A stretch of 63,945 nt of DNA, the filler included, from Sphacelaria rigidula (Eukaryota), in the NCBI GenBank assembly GCA_964200075.2. It is 3 parts of 3 records of this genome, joined end to end, with 100 filler letters (N's around TTAATTAATTAA, not from the genome) between each part and the next. Parts side by side here need not be neighbours in the genome. Positions count along the whole stretch, not along the records: positions 1 to 21,259 come from CAXNAA020000445.1; positions 21,360 to 42,612 come from CAXNAA020000446.1; 1 more part is not named here. One strand, written 5' to 3'. A model generated the notes under the pieces. It saw nothing but the letters and a program-made list of their open reading frames with translations. It was not told the DNA's origin and made no database searches. Within the stretch, counting starts at the first letter, position 1, and each line of letters begins with the position of its first letter. Below are positions 12,094 to 23,128 of the stretch, piece after piece. The position numbers were made by a program, and so were the translations under genes.

Positions 12094-12359
12094 TGTAAAC
12101 CTGTGTGGAATCAGAACAAGGTCACAGTGCTGCTCCAGAGGCTCCTCCCTTTCATGGGCTCCACAGACTTCAAGACTCAAGCAGTTATACAAACAGCGGT
12201 CTTCGTTAAAACCAGAAGTGACCCTTCTTTTCTCCCCTCGCAAACACAATATGCTACGCATTTGATAATCATTCTCCAACCCATCGTCACATGATCCAAA
12301 CTGATACTCATATGTTACCGTACTCCTCATGCTAGAGGTGCTACTGTGCTTCTTTTACA
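12094..12359 (-). repeat. LTR type B
   Basis: Termini TGTAAA...TTTACA. Similar to 7431-7697 and 18211-18474. Adjacent leader (gaaacgacaag) matches the one beside the 18211 LTR. Confidence 0.88.
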
Positions 12360-12789
12360 GGTAACATCAAGCAAAGAATAAATGACACTATTTCGCAGAG
12401 AGCGATCAGAGATGCATATCAAACCCAACCTGTTGACGGTAATCTATACTGGCTTTCCAGACATCGACAGCGGAATTGCACCTGTCTGCCGGGAATACGC
12501 TAGAGACAACTGATAACTGATAAAATTGCTGCAAGGATTTGACGCTTCGCGCCACCGCCCAAATTGAGTGATTCCAAGGCAAAGAATAATGTGGAGTATT
12601 CGGAGCTGAGACCATTAGTTGGAGGTAATAAAAAAAATAATGGGATCCTTTAAAGGTTGTTTAGGCTGGCGATCGCACAAACTGCCCGTGCAAGCAAAAT
12701 AAGACAACCTGCCCGTAAAAAAAGAATCCCATACAGATACAAACTCACCTGTCGGCAGGGCTTCAAGACAATAGAGTTTGTATCAATCT

Positions 12790-14860
12790 CTGTCACTTAA
12801 GCGCACATATGCTTTGGCAGCTTCACATATTCATGTATTAACCCTGAGCCGTTTTATTGTATAGGGGATCAGTATCACAGACTCTCTTCCCCATGGGGTA
12901 AAATAACCAACACACCACGGGGATAAAACTCACACAGATTTAACCGATCACACCCACATACCAGCAATCTATCAACCAGCGGTATTATGCCCCCAACCTA
13001 GGTAACAATGGTGGCTAGGGTATAAAGCACCTCCAAAGCTGTTTTTCTACCGAAAAGTAGTCAAATTAGAGCTTGAAAAACTTTGACATCGTTGTACTAC
13101 ACTCATTTTTCGCATAGGACAGCAATCCCTGCCTCTGTTTCCTATAGGCTTGTCACTCAAGATCAGACAGCTATGTGGACTCCTCCCGTCGTGGGCACAT
13201 AGACTTCAGTAGCATTAGTTATTGATGTGTTAACCCTCAGATGTTAATTGTACAGGAGAATAGGACCACAGCCTCTCTTTAAAGGGATAAAACCGACCTC
13301 AAATCTTGTGGCGATAAAACACCCACAGAGTCAACTGATCAGACCTGCAGACCCGCGATCCAACAACCAGCTGTAAACGCTTACAGCGCATGGAACCACC
13401 TATATAATGTCCCCAACCTAGGGAACAATGGTCACTGGACGAGTAGTCACATTAGAGCCTGAAAAACTCAGGCATCTTGCGTGGTGATACCGTTGTTCAC
13501 CGTATAGAAATGTAGTCCATCCCTGTCGCAATTCTCGATAACAGCTCCATAGAAGCTTACCCTGATTCCAAACAACTCAAAAGAGATTTGGAAAATCGTC
13601 CCTCATACACATGCAATCACGCTACTTGCACCACTCCGAATTCCAGCAGTGATAGCAAGCGCAAATCCAACAATCCCTTCCCAAAACAAGTAACACTCTT
13701 GAATCCATCCACATGGGCAACGAAAAGCTCAAACGTCAGCGAACGTCGGATTCCGAAGCACTCGAGACTAATCGCCTCTCTATAGACTTGGCTGGAATCA
13801 AAACAAGGTCACAGTGCTGCTCCAGAGGCTTCCTCCCTGTCACGGGATCCAGATACCCCAAGACTCAAGCAGTTACAAACAGATGTCTTCGTTAAAACCA
13901 GAGGTGATCGGCGCACCTCGTGTGCAAGCATCATACATCACGGAGTCCACCGATCATACTCTCAGACCCATCATCCATCAGCAAGCCTATGAACGAGTGC
14001 TATGCATTTTGTCGACTGCAGTGCTGTATCTTCCCAGGGCAACAATGTTACCCAGAGTCTACAGCACCCCCATAGCTCGCTTCCTACCAACAAGGAGTCA
14101 ACCTAAAGCTTGATAAACTAAGACATCATTGTTGCCGAAGTCTACCGTCGTTTTCCACATAGAGTGGCAATCCCTACCGCAGTATACGGTAACAGCCATA
14201 CAAGCTTGTCCAATTTGCGAATAACTCGCAAGAGATCCAAAACGTCCATCATGAACACGCAATCACGCTACTTGCATCGCTCCGAGTCACGGAGCGACAG
14301 CTGATGCCCACCTCTCAAAACCATGCCCCAAACAAGTTTTCTGACTCCAAACCGGCAAAGAAATCTCCAACGTCAACGAACGTCAAAACTCTAAAGCCAC
14401 CGTGACAATTCTTCTTTCTCATCCGATACCGTTCAACATCCCAAATGGTCTTTCATACGTTCAACACCTGCGCAAAGGAGTGCAACAGCCAAGCAATATA
14501 CCTGCAACTAGAATCAAATAAGTATCCAGCACATCTCGAACGCAGCTGGTCTCTTGCTTGTTTAACTCCGTGAAAACGTATGCATCGCATACCTCTTCTT
14601 CGTGAAAGCTTCAAAGCTTTATTGCACTACTCCAACTCATGAGCATCCTGGAAAGAAAGCCATGACTTGAACCGATTTTCAAGAAATTTATACCAATCCA
14701 ATGTGGGCAAACGGACCTCGACCTCCGCCATCATTGATGACCCGTAGTAATATCGTTCTCAAACTCGTTTGTACCGAGTACATCCCAGAAAGCACCCAGA
14801 TAAAATATCCCAACTTGGATTCAGGACCGTGATATCCCATCGGTCGATTAACCGCGATGT
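12790..14860 (-). mobile_element. Stack of truncated LTR-plus-3'-internal fragments (type A at ~12790-13025 and ~13143-13440; mosaic type D at 13781-14063)
   Basis: Repeated motifs tgtcactcaagatc, ggtaacaatggt, gcaccyccaaagct and cacgctacttgcaccactycga, shared with 8765-9600 and 28125-29240. Confidence 0.75.
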
Positions 14861-14893
14861 GAAACGCAGTTTATCTCCCAACAGATTTGCAGC

Positions 14894-15152
14894 TCTAGAC
14901 TCAGGGCAACATTGTTACCTTGACTCGGTACATGACTGCAGTCGACAAAATGCATAGCTGGCGTTTATAGGCTGGATGGCGGATAAAGGATCTGAGAGTA
15001 TGATCGTTGGACTCCGTGATGTATGATGTTTGCATACGAGGTGAGCCGATCAATTCAGGTTTCAACGAAGACTGTTGTTTGTGTAACTACTTGAGTCTAG
15101 AAGTCTCTGGAGCCCCTGACAGGGACGAAGCCTCTGGAACAGCACTGTGACC
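14894..15152 (+). repeat. Inverted, truncated copy of LTR type D (13781-14063)
   Basis: Reverse-complement matches, e.g. gactgcagtcgacaaaatgcatag vs ctatgcattttgtcgactgcagtg, and ggactccgtgatgtatgatg vs catcatacatcacggagtcc. Confidence 0.85.
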
Positions 15153-15157
15153 AAAAT

Positions 15158-16058
15158 CTCGTGTAGAGCCATTGAAGGTGAAATTCAAACCTTGAGCTAG
15201 AGCAGTCAAGGCGAGCCCGCGAGTGTATTCCCCTGTAAAGGCAACGTGGTTGGCAGGGTGTATGGTGACGCTGGTGGCGCTTGGGCTCATATTTAGCAGC
15301 GTAGAGGCAGCATGGGCGATTGCGGCCATGGCGACGCCGAAGAAGGACGGTTATCGACTGGTGAGTGATTATCGCGCGGTAAACAAGCAGATTGAGAAGG
15401 TTCCGAATGTCATGCCCGACCATGAGGCGGAGATGGTCGACCTGCTAGGCGCTGCGTGTTTTGGCAAGATTGATACGCTGTAGGGTTACTGGCAGATGCC
15501 GTTAGCGGCTGATGCACAAGAAATATTCACGATTGCGGCTCCCGAAGGTCTGTTTACCCCCACACGGGTGCCGTAAGGGGTGTTGAATGCGACGGGGTAT
15601 TTTCAGGGCATCATGACAGGATTATTGACCGGACTTCAGTGCAAAGTATGCGTGGATGATATCTTGTGGTGGGGTAAAGACGAGGATGATCTGTTGTGTA
15701 CACTGGACGAGGTTTTGGGCCGTTTGGAGAATGCTAGTCTTTTGGCGGCTGCGCACAAGTGCATGTTCTACGACACACAGATCATGTGGTGCGGAAAGGT
15801 ATTTTCAGGTGGTCAAGCGGCTCATGACCGCGAGAGACTATGAGCAGGCTGGCCAATCTTAGGCGCGTTCGCACAGCAGGCGACCTTATGCAGTTTCTGC
15901 AGGCGGTCAAGTGGCTGAGAACGTCCCCGCTGCGTTTGGCGGAGGTGGTGGAGCCGCTGCGGCGTGCTCAGGCGTGGCACGAGGCGCATGATTTGATGGC
16001 GCACGCCGTCGCTTTGTCATATCCCAAGCAGGGGTATGAGGTGCTCATGTTTCCAGCC
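15158..16058 (+). pseudogene. Gypsy reverse transcriptase relic with start of RNase H
   Basis: GYRLVSDYRAVNK, FGKIDTL*GYWQ, RVP*GVLNA, VCVDDILWW (YxDD position), LMQFLQAVKW. In-frame stops at 15481 (TAG) and ~15574 (TAA). Confidence 0.9.
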
Positions 16059-16061
16059 TAG

Positions 16062-18474
16062 TGGACACGTCAATGCCCACGGCCTCTAGCGTACCGCTCC
16101 CATTGGCACCTGGCATAACCACAGAATGACATTAACACCACCGGCCCCCAACGCGTGTATTGAGCGTGTGCATGCGTCCAGCCTACTGGACACGTCAATG
16201 CCCACGGCCCCCAGCGTACCGCTCCCATTGGCACCTGGCATAACCACAGAATGACACAGACTTAACACCACCGGCCCCCAGCTAGTGTGCAGAGCGGTGC
16301 GCACTAGGTACTTCTTCGACTGCATACTCCGTTCATCACCATCGGCTAGTTTCACGGGGTGTGCATGAGCCATGCTCGTTACAACTTGCACATCAGGGGA
16401 CACTGCTTGCATCTGGGCCGCCACTTTCTCAGATATGATAGTGATGCCAGCCCCCGAATCCAAAACGGCAGTAACAGGGCAAACGTTCTTGGCTGCGGAA
16501 CCAGGAACGGACACGTCTGCCCGGCAGCATCGCTGCTTGCGGTGACTGCTGCCGAGATAGCCCCCCCCCAAACCGGCCAAAAACGTGCACGAGGGCGATA
16601 CTCATAAATGCCGTTAGAGCTGGGTTCTTGCTGCCCGACGCAACTCATTTGGGCGTCATAGCTGATTTCGCACTCCTACACGCCTCTCATATGGGCGAAG
16701 TTGCTGTAAACAAGCCCAACAGTGGAATCGCAGCCGGTTTGCCAAACGGTCTTCGGTGCACTTTTTGTAGGGGGGCTATCTCGGCGTTAGTCCGGTCAGC
16801 TACCACACCCTCAGCCTGTAAACCTGCAACCTCAGCGGTGTGCAGACCCCGCCATACCGGCATTGTCTGAGACGTCCACTCCTGAGCTAGTCCTGCCGGC
16901 AGTGGGAGTTGACCTGCAGGAGCTGGAGCGGAAGGCTTGGGTGGCACCACGCTATCCGCACTACTAGCGCCCCCCTGCGTTCCATCCCCCGGGAAAACAG
17001 CCCCTGTGGGAGCAGGACTTTTACTGCCCCCCGCTGACCATGGACCTGTTGTTGTTGCTGCTGCTGCTGCGGCGGCGGCGGCGACGACGACTTTGCTTGC
17101 CCTCCTGACGCACTCACCGTGGCCGCAGGTGTGCTCTGTTTGTTACAACCCTTCCTGTCGTGACCCTTATGGCTACACTCGAAACAACCGGCATAGCTCG
17201 GACCAGGTTTGTGGGGCTTTTTTGAGCTCGAACCGTGACTACCCGCTGCGGCGGCCGCAGCCGCTGCGGCGGCATGCTATGTCAGTTTTTCGAGCCTTGG
17301 GAGCCACTTTTTTGCCTAAGTTGCAGTTGCTGGGGGTGACGTTTGTCAACTTCTTCAACAATCTTTCATTTTTCCGCTAAGTCATGAGCTACCTCATAAA
17401 CCACTCTTGGGCTCCCTTTGCAGTCACTTTTATATAGAGTATATTTTGAACTTTTATTCTTGAACTCAGATGGGGTCAGGCCGGTGACCATAGCTCTGGT
17501 AATCACATGTGCTGGACCAGCCTTGAACGTACGGTCAGATTCGAGGAAAACGCACTCCACACCCGCACTTTCCGCAAAGTACTCCTGCAATAAACTTCAT
17601 TGCCCTCCTACTCGACCCATTGCAATTGGTTCAGAGCGGGCGGCAAGGGCCTTTTTCACGCCGACTGCAGCTTCGGAAGGATCAATTTTCATATCGCTCC
17701 AGCATTTTTGTGTGGCGTGCAATCCATTGCTGAAATTCATCTTCGTCGGGTGGCAGCCCGTCAAAGATGGTGTCAGACACGCAGTTCTGGATGTGCTTTG
17801 GCACCAACTCTTGCGTGGTCAACAGTGCGCACTTAACCGACCGGCCTTTGTTACTTTTTCCCACTGCCTCCTCGTAATCTCGATACTTTTGGCAAAAGCG
17901 TCTGGAGGCTTGTTCACTGAATACTCGTCCATAAGTGGGCACTTTCAACGATCCACCCAGTGTCAACTCGGTTACTGTAAACTTCACCTTATCAACCGTC
18001 TCGCTGGCACCACCTCCTCTGCGCGCTGCCATCCTTCCAACGCCCTCCTGTCACCGCAGTCGCGTTGGATTTGTGTGGCCTGCACCTCTCTCTCCGCCGC
18101 TTCCCCCCCTCCCTGTTATTAAAAATGAGCGTCCTCAGGTTCTACAAACGGTTGGGTGCGACGTCAAAAGCCCAACCCGGAAACGACAAGTGTCATACAC
18201 AAAGGTTCATTGTAGGCTTGTCTAGAATCAGAACAAGGTCACAGTGCTGCTCCAGAGGCTTCCTCCCTGTCACGGGCGCCAAAGACTTCAACACTCCAGC
18301 AGTTATACGAACAGCATGTCTTCGTTACCTAGAAGTGATCCTTGTTTGCTCCCCTCGCAAACACAGTATGCTACGCATTTCATAATCACCTTCAACACGC
18401 ATCACAATATCCAAATTGATATCCATATGCTACGGTACTCCTCATGCTACAAGTGCTACTGTATTTTCTTTAGA
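16062..18474 (-). mobile_element. 5' half of a Gypsy element: LTR type B (18211-18474), gag relic and protease
   Basis: Gag relics at 17682-18032 and 17366-17590. Zinc knuckle CFECSHKGHDRKGC (CX2CX4HX4C) at ~17141-17187. Protease AVLDSGAG in 16086-16580. ~70-bp local duplication at 16061-16130 / 16188-16257. Confidence 0.85.
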
Positions 18475-18479
18475 CGCCG

Positions 18480-21259
18480 AATCACTGGAGCAGATCGACT
18501 CGCCCTGAGCATCGCAAGCCCAAAGCTTGCTCTGCTCGCTCTCATCACAAAGATAAAACCCCCCTGCAGCGGTGAGCATGCAAGGTGTGTCCCCAATTAC
18601 GCGCTGGTCCGGCGGCCACAAGCAACCGGGTCCTCTGCCTCTCAGCGCTAGCTCATCGGAGCAAGTCGGCTTCGCCCTTTCATCAGCAGCGGCAGCAGCG
18701 GCTGAATCAAATATACCCGCTTCAGCCACCATCTCCTGCCCACTCCTGAACGGCAACAGCGGCAGCTGAGCTGCCTGCAGTCCGCTTAAGCTGCGGCAAT
18801 ACCAGCAACATCCAAACCAGTCGGCGGGTGCGCTCTCATGCCTACCCGCTTGGACAGGCATGTGCTGTGTCTCCTTCCCGCTCTGCAGAGTGTAAACAAC
18901 TGCCCCGTATCGTTGCTGGAGTGCCCTGTATTGTTGTTTCAGATGCGCCACTTACTGCACGTTCGGCAAGCGCACGGTCGTGCCTGTTCCCTCTGACAGA
19001 CATGTGCTTTTTCACCGTTCACAGCGCATGCGAGAGTGCTCTCATGCCTGTTTCCTCTGACAGACACGTGTTTTGTGACCAGTGCGCGCTTCACAGTACC
19101 GTGAACCCCACGCGACGACGCATGCTTGCGCAACACTAAAAGCAACTGCTCGTGCCCAACATCATGAGCATGCTTCAAGAACATGCCACATAGTGCTGGA
19201 GGTGCCGTCCTACGGCCGCAGTCCTTCGAGCGAGAAATCAGTCGAGTTTTGAAGGAAATAGGAGAAGAATATGCGAGATGTATATCAGGGGAACGCGCGG
19301 TGGCCAAACCTCTTCAAGGTGACAGCAGTTTCTGACCTCATGCTGAAACATATTGCGATATGTCTGTGTGACACGTTCTTGGAGTATGTATGCTTATGAT
19401 GTTGAGAACCAGCAGTTGCTTTCCGCGTTGCGCAAGCATGCGTCGTCGCGTGGGGTGCATAGTACTATCAAGTGCGCACTGGTCATACAGCACGTGTCTG
19501 TCAGAGGGTACAAGCATGAAACCTCTCTCGCATGCGCTGTAGAGAGTGAGAAGCATGCGTCTGTCAGAGGGAACAGGCTCGACCGTGCGCTTGCCGAACG
19601 TGCAGTAGGTGGTGCGCGTCTGAAACAACGATACGGGGCAGCTGCTTGCGCTGTGAAGGGTGAAAAGAATGTGTCTCTTAGAGGGAGCAGGCACGACCTT
19701 GCGCTTGCCGAACGTGCAGTAGGTGCAGCACGTCTGAAACAACGATACGGAGCAGCTGCTTGCACTGTCAACGGTGAAAAAGAATGTGTCTGTCAGAGGG
19801 AACGGGCACGACCGTGCGCTTGCCGAACGTCCAGTAGGTTGTGCGCATCTGAAACAACAATACAGGGCAGCTGCGTGCACTGTAGAAGCCGAGAAGTATG
19901 TGTCTGCCCGAGAGAACAAGCACGACAGTGCACCCGCCGAACGTGCAGTCCGTAGTGCGCGTCTCCAGCAACGATACGGGGCAGCTATTTACACTTTGCA
20001 AAGCGGGAAGGGGACACAGCACATGTCTGTCCAAGCGGGGAGGCATGAGAGCGCACGCCGACTTGCTCCGATGAGCTAGTCCCAGCTGCTTGTGGCCCCC
20101 GGACCAGCGCGTAATCGGAGACACACGACACACTTCCTTTCATGAAGCAATACTCCTAGGGTCCTCCCTCGGGTGTTCAAGAATCCACCTTCGTTCGTGT
20201 CGTATATTCATGTCCTGTCCCCCCCGCCGAGAACACCTACTACCTACCCAGTTCTCTCTTGACCGCGGGTCTGAGGGCTTCTTGGACTATCGTGCTCACG
20301 TGGAAACATGGACTCAATACCACCATGGTTGCACAAGACACACCTTGCACGCTCACCGCTGCAAGGGGGTGTCATCTTTGTGATGAGAGCGAGCAGAGCA
20401 AGCTTGGGGCTTGCGATGCTCAGGGTGAGTCTATCTGCTCCCGTGATTCGGCGAGAGATTATCCAGATGGTTTACACGGGCATCTGCTTGCAGGAAGAGT
20501 GGATGCCGGGCTGACGGATGTCGATTCGCTGGATTACGTGGTGTTGCGGTGGTCGTACGCCATTGCTGTTCACATGGACAGCTTTGGTGTGTTTGGCGGC
20601 GATGGCGAAGGGTTCTCCACTGTTGCGCCGCGGGGTGTTCGAGGAGTATAGTGTACTGTCATCAGGAGGCGAGTGATGCTACGGTAGGGTTGCACTTTTT
20701 GAACGAAAATGTTGCTCGGGGTGTTGCAAGCATCATTTTGAGAATCGGTATCATTTTCACTTGAAAAAGACTGAAAATTATGCCGATTCACGAAAAGGCC
20801 CCTGTGTGCATCTCCATGTCCTGTCCCCGGAGATTTGGGTTGCACCGTGAGCCCCATATATTTGCGCTCCTACAAAAGCGAGTGCAAGAAACAAAAAGTG
20901 CTACCCTTATCGTAGAATTGGTTAGACATTGCTTTTCGGGACTGTGCAGCTGTCCCCGTTTCGCCTCTCGTTTCCTCTGTAGAACTAACTGAAGCGCAGG
21001 TGTTCAGTACTGCCCAAGTATCTGTGGAGGCATACGGCTTGTCGCATTGGTTTGGCGGTGCGGATATACCGTTTGGTGGCGAGGTGAGCGGCTCCATGAG
21101 GGTGCGAGCTGTAGCTGGACTCATGGCGCGAGGAGCGAGTGTTCGAGCGGAAACGCTGCTGTATGGTGCGCACGGGGTCGTGGTTCGAGTGCTGCTGTTT
21201 CTCAGGAGCGGGCTGTAGACTTCTGTCACTCAAGATCAGATAGCCATGTGGACTCCTCC
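18480..21259. mobile_element. Rearranged fragments of the non-autonomous element seen at 1-5935, in both orientations, ending in the start of a type-A LTR (21214-21259)
   Basis: 18480-19180 resembles 900-1764 plus 4887-4930. 19390-20130 and 20335-20520 are inverted copies. 20930-21213 is an inverted copy of ~90-370. TGTAGACttctgtcactcaagatc at 21214 runs into the gap. Confidence 0.75.
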
Positions 21260-21359
21260 NNNNNNNNNNNNNNNNNNNNNNNNNNNNNNNNNNNNNNNNN
21301 NNNTTAATTAATTAANNNNNNNNNNNNNNNNNNNNNNNNNNNNNNNNNNNNNNNNNNNN
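21260..21359. other. Assembly gap with synthetic linker (44 N, TTAATTAATTAA, 44 N)
   Basis: The 12-mer puts stops in all six frames. Identical construct at 42613-42712. Confidence 0.97.
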
Positions 21360-21930
21360 GCGCCCAGCGCGCCGGTTGCTATCGTAGAAAGTGTCACTAG
21401 CTTGGGTTTCGGGAGGGTGAGCTCCACTGTTAGTAGGTGCTATTATTTACGAGAAATCTAGGTTTTTGACAATTATGTTCACATGTTTTCAGCAAACACT
21501 CTACTGCATAGTACTGGTCAGCACTTGAGAATCTGGCAGTCAAGAGTTTGAGGCTGAGATTTTTGGCATTTTAGGAGCTTACAGGTGATCGTTTGTGCTG
21601 AACTCCATGAGAAAAATAAGAACTGTAGTCATTTGTGCAGAACTCGACGAGAAATTGGATTTCAAGTAATATGCTGAAGGTGGAGAGAGAATAAGACGCG
21701 AGCCTTAGCCAAAATGGAGTTGCTCAAGTGCTGACGGGTACTGTACTCAATCGATCAAATCGATCAAGCAACCACTCACGACCAATCAATCAATCGACCA
21801 GTCAAAAAATTCATGAATCAGTCAATCTACGAATGGATCAATCCTGTGTACGCACAAATCATCCCCGGAGCTCTTTTCAACTGCTGCTCCGATGCGTCAC
21901 CGCCCCTGCTTCACCCTATCCACGATGTAG

Positions 21931-22121
21931 GGGCGAAGGAGAACGTGCAAGCGATCGTGCGAGCCCCGGCGGCGGCGGCAGAGGCCGTCTCCAAGACCGT
22001 CGATGGGGCGGGGCGAGCAGCGGCATCGGTCAAAGACGGGGCTTACGGAGCGATTGAGGCCGCGACGCAGTTGGCAGGCGTGCCCTCCGAGATTGCGGAG
22101 CGGATAAGGCTCGAGCAACAG
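21931..22121 (+). CDS. Host gene exon A (internal): AKENVQAIVRAPAAAAEAVSKTVDG...ERIRLEQQ
   Basis: tag|GG acceptor at 21929-21930 after a pyrimidine-rich tract. CAG|GTGGGA donor at 22122. Confidence 0.8.
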
Positions 22122-22196
22122 GTGGGAGGTTTGTACATGCTCAGATATCGTGGTATGAGTAGCAGTAGTAGCAGCAGCAGCAGCAGCGGCAGCAGC

Positions 22197-22227
<31 letters not shown>

Positions 22228-22527
22228 TGGGGTGGATGAGGTTCGAGGAATAGGTGGAAGGTTGAAAGATGGTCGGATATTGTACAGATAGCAGCAGCAG
22301 CAATAGTAGTAGCAGTAGTAGTAGTAGTGCGGAGCGGATGGTGGTCGAGCAACAGGTGGGAGGTTTAAATATGTTCAGATTTAGTAGAAATAGCTGTAAA
22401 CAGGATAGTTGCAGTAGTAGTAGTAGTGCGGAGCGAATCAGGTTCAAGCAACAGGTGGGAGGTTTAAACATGTTCAGATGTAGTAGACATAGTTGTAAAG
22501 ATAGTAATAGTAGTAGTAGTAGAAGTG

Positions 22528-22569
<42 letters not shown>

Positions 22570-22666
22570 ATGGTGGCAGCGCAAAAGGAACGAGGTTCGA
22601 GGAACTGGTAAGAGGGCCATACATGTTCAGATATTGAAGCAAAAGTGGTGGCAGTAGTAGTATTGT

Positions 22667-22701
<35 letters not shown>

Positions 22702-23048
22702 AAAGTTGTAGATGCCAGCTCGCGGCGAACATACGAATCAGCGGAGTTTTGACTACGCGAGGATCTTATCAAAAGGCAAAAACGTTCCTCGGGTTATTAA
22801 TTCAATCTGAGAATAGTACTCTATTACAGATATTTTCCAGGGCTCTTTACGCTACACGTCACAAAATTCGTTACACGCCGAGCCCTGCGTAAGGTCAAGT
22901 CAAATCAAATTAAGCGTCGGGCCTGGCTAGTACTACGGTGGGGGATCATGTAGGCCCCCACCGTAGTCCTAGCCTGGCTTACCTTGTGACGTGTAACGAA
23001 CTTCGTGACGTGTAACGTGAAGAGCCCTGATATTTTCTTCGACTTTCC

Positions 23049-23128
<80 letters not shown>

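Noticed and set aside
15481-15576. RIP-like CpA>TpA mutation signature (CAG>TAG, CAA>TAA, TA LTR ends)
   Set aside because: Too few hand-picked cases, and stop codons are biased toward such changes. It would need a substitution spectrum from aligned copies.
21304-21315. Palindromic TTAATTAATTAA (also 42657-42668)
   Set aside because: Centred in exactly 44+44 Ns both times; a six-frame-stop scaffolding linker, not biology.
21813-21930. ATG at 21813 as the start of the host gene
   Set aside because: It lies in a CAAT-type repeat followed by a pyrimidine tract and AG, which looks like an intron end. Upstream exons are more likely beyond the gap, though this is not excluded.
22095-22632. Repeat-spacer pattern resembling a CRISPR array
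   Set aside because: Repeats are diverged copies of an exon end, spacers are microsatellites, there are no cas genes, and the context is eukaryotic.
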